Shown: in pieces, positions 25,404 to 37,920 of the stretch
Numbering within the stretch: position 1 is the first letter of the stretch
Layout: the number at the start of each line of letters is the position of its first letter
From: Octopus bimaculoides
Lineage: Eukaryota
Direction of reading: 5' to 3'
Length of the DNA stretch: 64,000 nt
Assembly: GCF_001194135.2 (NCBI RefSeq)
Contig: NC_068983.1
Coordinates: 93,926,515 to 93,990,514 of the forward strand
Position numbers and translations under genes: made by a program
The notes under the pieces: model-generated
What the model was told of the DNA's origin: nothing
What the model saw: only the letters and a program-made list of their open reading frames with translations
Database searches by the model: none

Positions 25404-25526
25404 GATTTTGTTGGTGTACTATGTTTATAACCAAGACATTTTACTATTCAATGGCTTGATCCACTTTGTTGAAAATATGTAGAATAAGATATGATCAATT
25501 TACCAGTGCAAGCACGAGTAGCTGCA
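25404..25526 (-). other. 5' UTR part of the same exon (upstream non-coding exon implied)
   Basis: Minus-strand acceptor aagctaatgaaattttacag|tgcagc at 25527/25526 with a branch-like ctaat. One short uORF (MSWL*). Confidence 0.45.
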
Positions 25527-25944
25527 CTGTAAAATTTCATTAGCTTACAGAGCTGAGTTCAACTTTTCCAATGGTAGTGTAGCTTAGAGGGACAAAAACA
25601 ATCACTGTGAGTTTTCCTTAAATATATATGTTATGAAAACATACATATATACACACATTCACACACATGTATATGCTATTCCACACATCACATTTGCACA
25701 TACACTACAAAAGCAATCTTACCCTTGTATCTCAACACCTCCTTTGATACATGCCACCCCAGTCCACTCAATTGTAAATGAGTAATCTTGTGATGGATTG
25801 ACTTCCTGTTCAGGAGGAATGTTGGCCTGCCCACCTGGTCAGCAGGATGTCATCATTTGAAAGCTACAACAATTTTGAGAAGCACTGTGTGATCAATGGT
25901 GCATAACAACATCCAATAGTCTGGTTATTATATTAATTATTTTA

Positions 25945-26150
25945 TTCTTCTACTTGTTTCAGTCATTCGACTGTGGCCATGCAGGAGTACCACCTTGAAG
26001 AGTTTTAACCAAACGAATAACCTTAGAGTTTATTTATTAAGCCTAGCATCTATTCTATCGGTCTCTTTTGTGAATTACTATGTTACGGGGATGTAAACAT
26101 ACCAACACTGGTTTTCAGATGGTGATGGAGGGGGACAAACGCGCACACAC
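25945..26150 (-). mobile_element. SINE family A, 3' half
   Basis: tacttgtttcagtcattcgactgtggccatgcaggagtaccacc...ctattctatcggtctctttt...ggggatgtaaacataccaaca. Confidence 0.75.
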
Positions 26151-26331
26151 ACACACACACACACATACATACATACATATATATATTGAAAGAAAGAAAA
26201 TGGATGTATGAATAATTTATTTGTATGTTATAAAGATGTTGAAATTTTTTTAAAACATAACAATACAAATAAATTATAAGTTTTAAAACTAAAAAAAATG
26301 GGAGATGTAAAAAACCTACATATATGTTTTA

Positions 26332-26495
26332 GTCAAAACAGGAAGTGTGTGTAAGGGGAGACAACCATTTCTTAACACACATACCCCTCAGTGACCTTAT
26401 TTCTCTAGGAACAGACATAAACTTCCTGTTGAAAAAGAGTTCATAACTCCAACTAAAAAGATTTGTCTCCCCTTACACACACTTCCTGTTTTGAC
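26332..26495. repeat. Perfect 33-bp inverted repeat with a 98-bp spacer
   Basis: gtcaaaacaggaagtgtgtgtaaggggagacaa (26332-26364) and its exact reverse complement (26463-26495). Confidence 0.9.
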
Positions 26496-27210
26496 ACCAC
26501 ACTTCCTGCTTAACACATTAACCTTTAGCCCCTTTTCTCTTTTTCTAAACCTTACACAACTTTCAATTTTCATGCATCCTTATTTATCCAACCATTAGCT
26601 ACATGGATTACCATTGAACTTTAAAAGCTCAAAGACAATATAATGTATTGATATATTTATTTTTTTATATATTATTTTTTTTCATTTTTTACTTTTTTGT
26701 AAAAAACATTTTCATTCTCCCTCTTCTTGAAAATTTGCCATGCAATGAAAGCCGGTTAGAAATCTATATTAAAATATGCTTTCAGTTTAGCATTCTGCCT
26801 TATTATTATTTTTCNNNNNNNNNNNNNNNNNNNNNNNNNNNNNNNNNNNNNNNNNNNNNNNNNNNNNNNNNNNNNNNNNNNNNNNNNNNNNNNNNNNNNN
26901 NNNNNNNNNNNNNNNNNNNNNNNNNNNNNNNNNNNNNNNNNNNNNNNNNNNNNNNNNNNNNNNNNNNNNNNNNNNNNNNNNNNNNNNNNNNNNNNNNNNN
27001 NNNNNNNNNNNNNNNNNNNNNNNNNNNNNNNNNNNNNNNNNNNNNNNNNNNNNNNNNNNNNNNNNNNNNNNNNNNNNNNNNNNNNNNNNNNNNNNNNNNN
27101 NNNNNNNNNNNNNNNNNNNNNNNNNNNNNNNNNNNNNNNNNNNNNNNNNNNNNNNNNNNNNNNNNNNNNNNNNNNNNNNNNNNNNNNNNNNNNNNNNNNN
27201 NNNNNNNNNN

Positions 27211-27248
<38 letters not shown>

Positions 27249-27408
27249 GAACTTCTTTCAGTTTCCATCTACCAAATCCACTCACAATGCTTTGGTTGGC
27301 CTGAGGTTATAGTAGAATATACTTGCCCAAGGTACCATGCAGTAGGACTGAACCCAGAACCATGTGGTTGGGAAGCAAGCTTCTTACCACACAGCTATGC
27401 CTGCACCT
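27249..27408 (-). mobile_element. SINE family A, 5' half
   Basis: cttctttcagtttccatctaccaaatccactcac...gactgaacccagaaccatgtggttgggaagcaagcttcttaccacacagc. Confidence 0.85.
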
Positions 27409-27927
27409 TGTATATATATATGTGTGGTGCGTGTACATATATATTCACTCCCACACCCACGCAAGCGCATAATACCTGAACACAGACAACATATACTCCC
27501 ACACCCACTCAAGCATATAATACCTGAATGCAGACAATATATACACACACACATGCAACACACATAGACAAAGATAACTTTTGCCCACATACTTACACTA
27601 TACACATGCACACTATTTAGTCACATGGACACACACATACACATGTGCACACATCATGTGAAAAAGCATCCATCAACTGCTGCACACACAAACATGTGCG
27701 CATTACACATGCACACAAATATACACATCAAACTCACTCACTCCTATTCACACATACACACTTACACACATCATTCTCACATACACCATTTGCACACCTT
27801 AGCTTGTTGGGATCAACATTATTATCTCCCTTTCATTCAACCTCTTTTTTTCCAATCATTCACCTTACTGGACTGCTGAACTCTACACATTTTCTTTTAT
27901 TCTCTCTCTATATATTTGCTCTTATTC

Positions 27928-27963
27928 CTTTCAGCCGAAGTGCATAGGCTTGAAACGTAAAAG
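27928..27963 (+). ncRNA. Degenerate minimal type-I hammerhead motif within a Penelope-type pLTR fragment (about 27800-28050)
   Basis: cttt-CAGCCGA-A-gtgc-atag-gctt-GAA-ACGT-A-aaag: stem I cttt/aaag, palindromic ACGT stem III, core mutated at two positions. Confidence 0.45.
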
Positions 27964-28925
27964 ACTTTTTCATTTTTACTGAGCATCAAACTAAAACACT
28001 TGCTTGTTGTTCCTACACCTGTCGTCTTTTATTTTTCTATAAATTTGGGCTATATATATATATATATATAAATTCATATACATACATGCACACATACCTT
28101 TTTCTACACAAATATATATGTGTTAATAATGACATATTCACAAACACAAACACACACACACACACGCACAAACAGTTTATAAGCTGACTTGGATAAACAA
28201 TGATAAATAGGAGCAAGTCACTTCCATTTTTATCAATCTCACGAAACAGAATCTCATATAAACAGCCATTTTCAAATTTTCATATCAATTCAATTCATGA
28301 TACATTAGCACGGTAAAATCCAACATATAAAAAGACATCAGTCTCTAATAAATTTAGCACCAGGAAATATGAGAAGCACAAGCTTGTTTAGTGTGTGTAA
28401 CTCGATTGAAATAAACTGTAGGATCTGATGTATTCAGTGTTATCAAAATAGTGGAGGTCATCAGCTTTCTCATTTACTATTGCCAATATATTCATTCTAA
28501 TTCAAGTACGTATTGAGTTGAGAGAAACGTCTGGGGTTTTTGCTTTTGTAATGTTATAGGCTCCTTAAGTGGTCCCTCAGAGAAATTATCTTGAACTTCT
28601 CAATCAGTTAAAGCTTTAGAATTACTGGCCTTGTTTTTCTTTCTCTTTTGTGAATGCAGAATATTCTAATCATTCTAACCTATTTGCTGACCCCTTTCCA
28701 CCATCAGTGCCACCACCACCACCACTACTATATTTTCTTTTCAGCATCACTCAAAACTAGAGCTGTTAATTATGCATCAGGTGCTGCTGTTGTTGTTGTT
28801 GTTATTGTTGTTCACTTCCTCCTCATCCCAACTATCACTACTACTACCATCCTTCTTCTTTTTCTCTTCCTCTTCCTCCTCCCCCTACTATCACTACAAT
28901 TATTATCATTATTATTCTTATTATT

Positions 28926-29498
28926 AAGGTGGTGAGCTGGCAGAATTGTTAACATAGGCGCAGGAGGGGCTGTGTGGTAAGTAGCTTGCTAACCAACCAC
29001 ATGGTTCCAGATTCAGTCCCACTGCGTGGCACCTTGGGCAAGTGTCTTCTACTATAGCCTCAGGCCGACCAAAGCCTTGTGAGTGGATTTGGTAGACAGA
29101 AACTGAAAGAAGCCCTTTGTNNNNNNNNNNATGTGTCCCAATATCGCTTGACATTGATGCTAGTGTGTTTACATCTCCATAACTTAGCAGTTCGGCATAA
29201 GAGACTGATAGAATAAGTACTAGGCTTACAAAGAATAAGTCCTGGGGTCGATTTTCTCGACTAAAGGCGGTGCTCCAGCATGGCCCCAGACAAAATGACT
29301 GAAACGAATAAAAGAATACTGGATGAAATGCTTAGTGGTATTTCACCTGTTGCTACATTCTGAGTTCGAATTCAGTCAAGGTCAACTTTGCCTTTCATCC
29401 TGTCAGGGTCAATTAAATAAGTACCAGTTGAACACCAAGATCGATGTAATCAACTCATCCCCACCTCCCTCAAGCTGCCCTTGTGGCAAAAAATTGAA

Positions 29499-29500
<2 letters not shown>
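28926..29500 (+). mobile_element. SINE family B interrupted by a full SINE family A (28957-29318)
   Basis: The B head ends ...gttaacata, then ggcgcaggagg...aaaagaata (family A), then B resumes ctggatgaaatgcttagtgg. Confidence 0.8.
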
Positions 29501-29545
<45 letters not shown>

Positions 29546-29548
<3 letters not shown>

Positions 29549-29648
29549 GAATGTGGTGACCTGGCAGAATTGTTAGCATCCTGGGGTCGCTGTAATCGAC
29601 TAGTCCCCTCCCCCAAATTTCAGGCCATGTGCCTGTATAGAAAGGATT
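29546..29648 (+). mobile_element. Internally deleted SINE family B
   Basis: The head gtggtgacctggcagaattgttagcatcctgg joins directly to the tail ggtcgctgtaatcgactagtcccctcccccaaatttcaggcc. Confidence 0.7.
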
Positions 29649-31494
29649 ATTATTAGTAGTAGTAATAGTATAAGTATTATCATCTTCAGCATTGTTGTCA
29701 TTATCAGCATCATTATCATCACCACTATCACAATCATCATTATCATCATCATCATTATTATTATTATTAATCATATTGGCCATTTATTTTTTTAGTACTT
29801 ATTTATTGTAGGGACAGTAATAGAGTTGAGTACACCTATTGGCCTCTGAAGAATAAAAACAAAATAAAATGGCTTCATAAAGATGTCACCTTTTAACCAT
29901 TACTTTAAATTTATACACATTCACAATTTTAATTGTTTCAGATAATTAGATAACTCTGCAACCAGTTTTTGTTATGGTTCTTCATTGAAATTATTGAATC
30001 TTGTTTGTTTACTGTTTGTTTGCTTTTGTTTTTGCTTCTGTTTTTGTTTTTTATTATATCTGTAATGTCCCATTTTCTTTTATTGAATTCGACATTTGTT
30101 GAATCAAACTGGCATGCTGGCATTTTGACCAAGACTTAGAAACAAATCCTTTTCTAATACAAATACATAAAGTTGAATTATATAAATAAGAAATGAACTC
30201 CAAAACAGTTATTTTTATGTTAATTCTCTGTCCTAACTGTTGAATTATGTATGGTAATTCCTCAGACTACTTGCTTATCGTGATAATATATAAAAGATAG
30301 ATAATTCTCTCTAAAACATTGCTGACATGAAGCAACAAAAATGCTTTTAAAATTTTCTTTTGCTATTGATTTATGGTTTAGAGTAATCTTTTCTTGTTGG
30401 TTTTTAAGAACAGATTAACTTTGATATCAAAATATATAAAGATATTCTATGCATTGAATCATCTTCATGTACAGAATTGATTGATTCTCTTATAGGTATT
30501 GGTGAATACTAAAAGAGAGGTAGAAATTGTCCATTAGAAAAATATTACAATCAGTATAAAGATAACTTGAGTCATGACTAAATAATTTCCTCTGATAATC
30601 AATAGAAAGAGAAAAACTAAGAAATGAAAGAGAATGAAACTAGTTTTTCCATAAGAAACTGCATAGTTAGAGCTTTAATAGTATCCTATTGTGCAATAAT
30701 GGTCAAATACTTCTTACTATTATACATTAAAAACAAAAAAATAACTGTATATGTAGCAACAGTGCGTTTGATAATCATCAGTAGTACTATATATAATAAC
30801 TATTATCATCATATTAGTTGTATAGCTAATGGTTTCATCTTGGTCTGTTTGTCTATCTGTATGTCTGCATCTCTCTCTCTCTCTCTCCCTCGCTCTCCCC
30901 CCCCCTCTCTCTCTCTCTCTCTCTGTTTACACACACACACACATTTGATTTTCATCTGGAATCACTGTTTATGATCTTATAATATTATATGAGTGTGGAC
31001 ATTTATGTGTACAAATGGTGACTCATCAACTCCAAATAAGCATATATCATTATCATTATCATTTGACAACAACAACAACAACATCATCATCATTATTTTA
31101 TGTCTATTTTTCCATGCTGGCATGGTCTGGACAGGTCACATCAGTTGTTACAGTCCATAAGATCTTGTATACACTCAGCAGCAGTGAAAACTAACCGACC
31201 ATGTTCTTGTGTGTATTTCATATTGTGGACAAGGCACTTTTTTACATACCATTAACACTAGAAAGATTGTTCTATTTAGAAACAGTAAAGATACAAAGAA
31301 AAGGGTAGTAAAGAATCCCCTCTGCACTATATCAGTTCTTATTCACTGCCACTAACGTCCTAGGCAGGCAGTTTGCAATGTGGTTTGCAGAGTCTACCTC
31401 TCTTATGTATTTCCAATATTTTAGCTTAGTTTTTATGGCTAGATGCCTTTCATGTCACCAACCACTTTATAGATTATACTAAATGCACCATGAA

Positions 31495-31745
31495 GGCGCA
31501 CAGCTAAGTGGTTAGGCTGTTACACTCACAATCACTAGATCATGGGCTCAGTTCCCAGAGTGGGCAGCACGTTGTGTTCTTGAGCAAACCACTTCAATTC
31601 ATGTTGCTCTAGTCCTCATATCAGTCAGTGAGGAATGTTAGCCTGCTCGCCTAGCCAGTGGAATGGTGTCATTTGAAACAATGCAAATGTGCATTGTGAC
31701 CAGTGATGTGTAACGGCATCTGATAGCCTGGGCAGTCACGTATCA
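31495..31745 (+). mobile_element. tRNA-derived SINE family E variant
   Basis: ggcgcacagctaagtggttagg (A box), gggctcagttccc (B box), gttgtgttcttgagcaa, 3' cattgtgaccagtgatgtgtaac; 3' half also at 25770-25925. Confidence 0.6.
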
Positions 31746-32399
31746 CTAGGTGCACCATGCCACTGACACTAGAGAGGCTACCCCATGCATGGAGGCTTAA
31801 TAAATCCTCTGTACTTTCTGTCAGTTCTTACACAGATTTGCTGCCCTCTGAGGTTAGTAACCTGTGATTTGGCTTGCAGAGTTCATGTCTTACTCGTAAA
31901 TTTCTTCAACATAAGGATGCAGGCAAGCTTTAGTTACTAAATGATTTGAAGACAAGGTGATATGATGTGACTTGGAAAAATGTTTGTTTTTGTTATGTAG
32001 AGATATCATAGCTGACTTAGCATTAGACTGTCTCCACAGTGCTAAATAGTATATTGAGAAGTTCTCTCAGGAATTTTAGTAAGTAGTCACATTCAAATTG
32101 GTAGGGGTAGCTGATTTGTTATATCAACACATAGAAACTACAATATTTTATGTAAATCTATGTCTGAGTTTTGTGTTTCAGTAGTTTATTCTCTTAGATG
32201 TGTTAACTTTACTGAAGATTAAATATGAGCAGACATTTCTTAAAGAAGAGAGATATAGAATAGACAACTATTTAATTTAAGTTGATGATAAATGAGATGA
32301 CAGAGGACCAAGAGAGATAACAGAGGACTGAGATATGTGGTGCATTGCTCTACTCAAGAAAACACTCACCATAACAAAATTGAGATCCTAAAATCAAGG

Positions 32400-32590
32400 T
32401 GCCACATAAAAAAGCATTGATGTGGTTTCCGGTGCCACATAAAAAGCACTGGTGATGGTATCATATAAAAAGCACTGTGATGGTGCCATGTTAAAGCACC
32501 CAGTATGCTCTGTAAAGTGGTTGGCATTAGGAAGGGCATCCAGCTGTAGAAACCATGCCAAAATAGGCTATGGAATTTGATGTGGCCCCT
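32400..32590 (+). mobile_element. Family C fragment
   Basis: gccacataaaaagcac repeats and aaagtggttggcattaggaagggcatccagctgtagaaaccatgcc. Confidence 0.7.
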
Positions 32591-33508
32591 GAGAGGCTAA
32601 GTTTATGCATTGTTGAGTAGGCTCAAGGGAGATAGAGAATAATATAGTGAAAGATTGGAAGAAGAGAAATAAAAGAACAATATATTAAGGAGTATAGGAA
32701 AAAAACAAACTATAGTATTTGATTCAATAGAGGTTGGAGTTTACCCTCCATCCATGGCAAACTGGTTGAGACAGCTTAAAGAAATAATGTATTACTCATA
32801 GAACATATGAGCTCCCTTTCCTTGTACTTGTCTTACAAGACTTTGCCGTCCATGTATGGGCTTAGTTCCATTGCAAGCTTTGAGTTTCAGCATTGTCTAT
32901 TAACAAAACACTTACTGATTATACAGTGACTCGCCAATTATACATTACCTCCCCATTTATACTGTCTCATTAATTATGCAGTGCATACAGTCATGATGTA
33001 ACCTGACAAAAAGTTTGTCTCCATTATGTAGAGATATCCTTGCTGGCTTGGTGTCAGGCTGTCTCACACACCAAGGCTTTGTAATGCTTAAATTTATTTC
33101 CTTTCCTGTGATATACACTGCTGTGTATGAAAAAACATTGTTTTTAATTCATAAAGAAACATCAAAAGCACAAATATGCAAATTAAGCTATCCACCAAGG
33201 TGCTAGTCTAATTTTTGACTGCATTATATTGCAGCTAATGTGTTACGCTATTGATTGGGGATGGAAGCCAAGTATGTCTTTTCTGAAGAGTGGCTAACAA
33301 TTCATAAGGAAACTCCTTCCATCTTTTTCCTTTATATCAATAGCATAGAACCTGTTTACATTCTTATTTAACCTACAGTGAGGTGGTTTATGTTGTGTTG
33401 TGCATAATATATGTATGCATATATCATTATTATCATCTTTTAACATCCATTTTCCATGATAGATATATATAAATATATATCTGTGTGTGTGTGTGCGTGC
33501 GCATGCAT

Positions 33509-33540
<32 letters not shown>

Positions 33541-33857
33541 TGCTGGGTAACAGTCCAGATATGCACACACAGGTATATTATAATGTATTTCTATGCATTA
33601 ATTTAGTTTTCAGTATCTGTTTTATTTCTGGTTGTTTTGTCTTATATAAGTGAGGTTTATTTATATTAGCTTATATACAATAGCTGTCAGTTGTTGTCCT
33701 GTTATGTAAACCTCAGTCCATTCACATCATTACAAGTGAACCTCAAAGAAAAGACTCCAATAACAAACGAAATTTTATCTCAATATTATTATGATTTGCT
33801 TTGCAGCAAATCATTTGGATCGCTAATGCCTTTCTTTTACTGACATCTTTATTGCAG

Positions 33858-33924
33858 ATAAATTTTGATGGATCAATTTGACTATTCTGAATATCATAGC
33901 ATCTTGGCAAGAAGGCGCTATGAC
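33858..33924 (+). other. Candidate plus-strand exon, possibly start-codon containing (MDQFDYSEYHSILARRRYD), product unknown
   Basis: Acceptor cctttcttttactgacatctttattgcag|a and donor gac|gtgagt. ATG at 33868 with an upstream in-frame TAA gives 19 codons, phase 0; the other frames are closed. Confidence 0.35.
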
Positions 33925-34195
33925 GTGAGTGTGTTAGACCAGCTACCATTGTCTATCATATTGATAATGATTTTGTTGTTTAGGGAAAGCAGGTGAAAAA
34001 TGGGATTTTCATAAAAATATTTGGCATTTAAAGGATAATGTGAAACATAGGGTCAAGTTGTTGGGAAACGGTTGTACTGGAACTGGTTGTTTCTATGCTA
34101 TTTTAATGAAGACAAGAAAATTGAGCCGTAAAGTCTACTTGCTACAATACAGCTATGGACATAATTGTAAATATATACACATACATTCACACACC

Positions 34196-34232
<37 letters not shown>

Positions 34233-34281
34233 CGTATGTGTATTTCGTGTGCAAGATTCTTGATGTGGATACGTGTGTTTA

Positions 34282-34321
<40 letters not shown>

Positions 34322-34611
34322 TACACATACACATTCAAACACATAATACATACGCATACATATGCATGCATAGGCACACACACACATACATACACACACA
34401 CACACACACATCTACTATAGTCATCTACAGTATTCCTTTAGTTTAGTTGTATGCAGACTTTTTTAATATTAGTAGTTTTGCTTTATTCTAGTACTTACTA
34501 TTGTCTAGTGATCTAAATTATTAAAAAGAAAGCTCTACGATGCAAAAGAACCTTCTAGTTCAGATATTCATAAAAAATTCATTCCTGCCTTTGAGCTCTC
34601 AGCCCTGGTCT

Positions 34612-34970
34612 CTGTAGTTCCAAGTTCAGTCCCACTGCACAGCACCTTGGACAAGTGTCTTCTACTATAACCTCAGTCTAAGGAATATCTTATAAGTGAA
34701 TTTAGTAGATGGAAGCTGTGTGAAACCCCATCATGTGTGTGTGTGTGTGTGTGTGTCTTAGTGTCTGTGTTTGTCTCTCCATCACTGCCTGGCAATCAGT
34801 GTTGGTGTGTTTATGTCCTCGTAACTTAGCAGTTTGGCAAAAGAAACCAATAAAATAAGTACTAAGCTTAAAAAATAAGTGTTGGGGTCAATTCATTCGA
34901 CTAAAACCCTTGAGGTGGTGCTTCAGTATAGCCACAGTTAAATGACTGAAACAAATAAAAGATAAAAGAA
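34612..34970 (+). mobile_element. SINE family A
   Basis: gttcagtcccactgcacagcaccttggacaagtgtcttctactata...aaatgactgaaacaaataaaaga. Confidence 0.8.
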
Positions 34971-36455
34971 TCACATACATACCAAACCTGTTGTATTACT
35001 GCTGCTAATTTGATATCTCATTTTTCTCATTTCAAATCCCACTGTCACTTACTCCCTTTATTGTTCTGGAATTGATAATCCAAGAACCAGAAATAAATGA
35101 AGGTCAACTCAACCATTTATCATTATCCTCACAAGCATGGACCTTTTTTCTCTATTTTTAGAAGCAATCTATATTATTTACTTATTTGTTTATCCATTTG
35201 GTTTAGAAATATGTTCCTATCATGAATGGAGATGTAATCATCTACCTGCTTCATTTCAATACTTGCTTTATCTCATTTTCCTCATTTTAAGCCTATCAGC
35301 CCTTCAAACTTCCCTTCTTTTCTCATTTCCTCCAAAATATCCTTTTATCATGTCTAAAGTGATGACTGTCTCCATTTCTCTTAAATTTGTGTTGAAATAG
35401 CCATATCTAAATTTCATTATTTAACATTTCAAAAGTTAATTAAACAATCCTTAGCGATAAAGCAAAAGATATTAGTGAAATATGAGGCTTAAATTATTTT
35501 GGATTTGCCATAAAATATGAAAATATTGATTTGCCTATTTAATAATAATCTTCAGTGTACTTTATGCATATGTACATACATACAAGAAAAGTTGCATAAC
35601 AGAGAGTGCAGGGTAGAAATAATTATATAATGAGAATGTTTGTAGGGTTAAGAAGATTACTTTCTAACTACATAGTTTCACAATTGATCCCATTGCACAA
35701 AATCTTGGATAAATATTTTCCACCATCACATTGGGTTGACCAATAGCTTGTGATAGACAGAAACTATGCAGAAGATTATCTCATACATGAGATGAGTTTC
35801 AGCCACACATGAGCCTATACATAACATATATCCGGGTTGGCAATATAATCTCTACTAGTGGGACCCATGGATATTCCACAAAATGAAAACGATTAAGAGA
35901 AGCTATTTAAGAAGGAAAGGATGATCTGCATTTTAATTTTGCTAAGTTATTTCACTTCCAGTCACAATAATATATTATATAACTTTAAATTTCCCTCTAC
36001 TAAGCATTTTTTATTTCTCTATTTCTCTCCACTGCTTCAACAAACTTTTTAACCATGTAATTCCCTTCTTCATATCTTTAACATTTCTCTCTTTCTCTTC
36101 ACTTCTCACTAAATTTCTCTAACCACATGAGTGACAGCATAATGCATCAGCTGGCTATCTCACATTCTCTCTTCCTCTCACTCACTCTCACATTCCCTCT
36201 TCCTCTCTTTCACTACACCTCTTCCACCTCTCTAACAAACTAAAACATAAAATGTGAATAAACAGGTAGAAGAGAAATATAGATTTAGTTCAATAAAAAA
36301 ATTCATTTCACTATCAACACACCACCAGCATCGTCACTAGAGTTTACAGTAACAAAGCTCATTTCATTTCAGTTCAGTTCAAATGTTTGTTTATATCAAC
36401 TTTTTATTGCTGTCAATGTATCTCTACTATGACAATACAAATGCTCTCTGCCTGC

Positions 36456-36489
<34 letters not shown>

Positions 36490-37524
36490 CTATAACTACC
36501 TACCCTGTCCACCTCTCTCTATCTGCCTTTCTTTAACCTCACCACTAGAACATCACCCTCTGCTTAATATTGTATCTTAAACATATTTCTTTCTCTTTAC
36601 CTTTCCTTCCCCACCTTATAGCTCGTTATTAACACTTCTCTTTACCTTTCCCTCCCCACCTTATAACTTATCGTTAACACTTTTCTTTCCCTCTTTTCTC
36701 TCACCATCTTTTTCTCTCACCATCTTTTTCTCTCACTCTCTGCCTCTCCCTTCGAATAACCACATGATGTACTTGACCTTACTGTATTATTATACTTCTC
36801 ACTTCTTTCTTCTCTACTCCCATTCCTCCCTCTTTCTCCCATACTTTTACTCAACCTCTCATTCACTCCCCCTCTCTAACTACTAAAGTATAACGGATGA
36901 ATGAACAAGCAGATTATTATACAGATATTATGACACTGAAAGTAGGCACAATATTCTCTCCCTGAAAAATCCAAAGAAAATGCTGTAGATAATGTGCTTT
37001 TTTCTCCTACTGTTATTATAACGACATCTGCTTCTCTGAACTTTACATTGATCTTTGCATCTCTGGAGTTGCTGATGGCGTTCTTTCTCTACCTTAACCC
37101 AATAGATATCTTTTAACATGTTTGCGTGTGTGCACACATATGCACATGTACATATGCATACATGTTTATGTATAATAAAGAACAACATACACAAAAACAC
37201 AACAGTCAGCATGTGCATGTTGTGCTCCTTTATGTTCCATAACCTAGTAGTTTGACAGATTAATATCAATGAAAGAAGGATCAGGTTCAAATAGATATCA
37301 GAGTGTGTATAATCAGGTACAACTCTTAAATTTGATTCCCCATCATTGCTGCATTCCAATGACTGAAACTAGTAAAAGAAGAAAAAAATAAAAGAACTGA
37401 AAGTTGTGTGTTTGATAAATGACTTCAAATTAATTGCATGTTAAAACTGAAACGTTATGTCATCAAAGCCACACAGTAACTGCTTGAAATACACAAATGC
37501 CATTATATTTAGTTTTTTTTTTTT

Positions 37525-37920
37525 TAGGTGTGGCTGTGTGGTAAGAAGTTTGCCTATCTTTTAGGTTCAGTCCCACTGCATGGCACCTTAGGCAATTATC
37601 TTCTACTATAGCCTCAGGCTGACCAAAACCTTGTGAGTGGATTTGGTAGACAGAAACCAAAAGAAGCCGATTGTATACATGTATATGCGTGTGTGTCTGT
37701 GTCTGTCTGTCTGTCTGTCTGTCTGACACATCCTCTTGACAATTGGTGTTGGTGTGTTTACATCCCCATAACCTAGTGATTTGGCAAAAGAGACTGACAG
37801 AATCGGTACCTGGCTTGAAAAAATATAAGTACTGGGATCAATTTGTTTGACGAAAATTCTTTAACGTAGTGCCCCAGCATGGCCACAGACTAGTGATTGA
37901 AGCAAGTAAAAGATAAAGAA
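37525..37920 (+). mobile_element. SINE family A
   Basis: taggtgtggctgtgtggtaagaag...gtgccccagcatggccacag...agtaaaagataaagaa. Confidence 0.8.

Noticed and set aside
33919-33928. CRE-like TGACGTGA site
   Set aside because: One mismatch from consensus and better explained as the GAC|GTGAGT splice donor.
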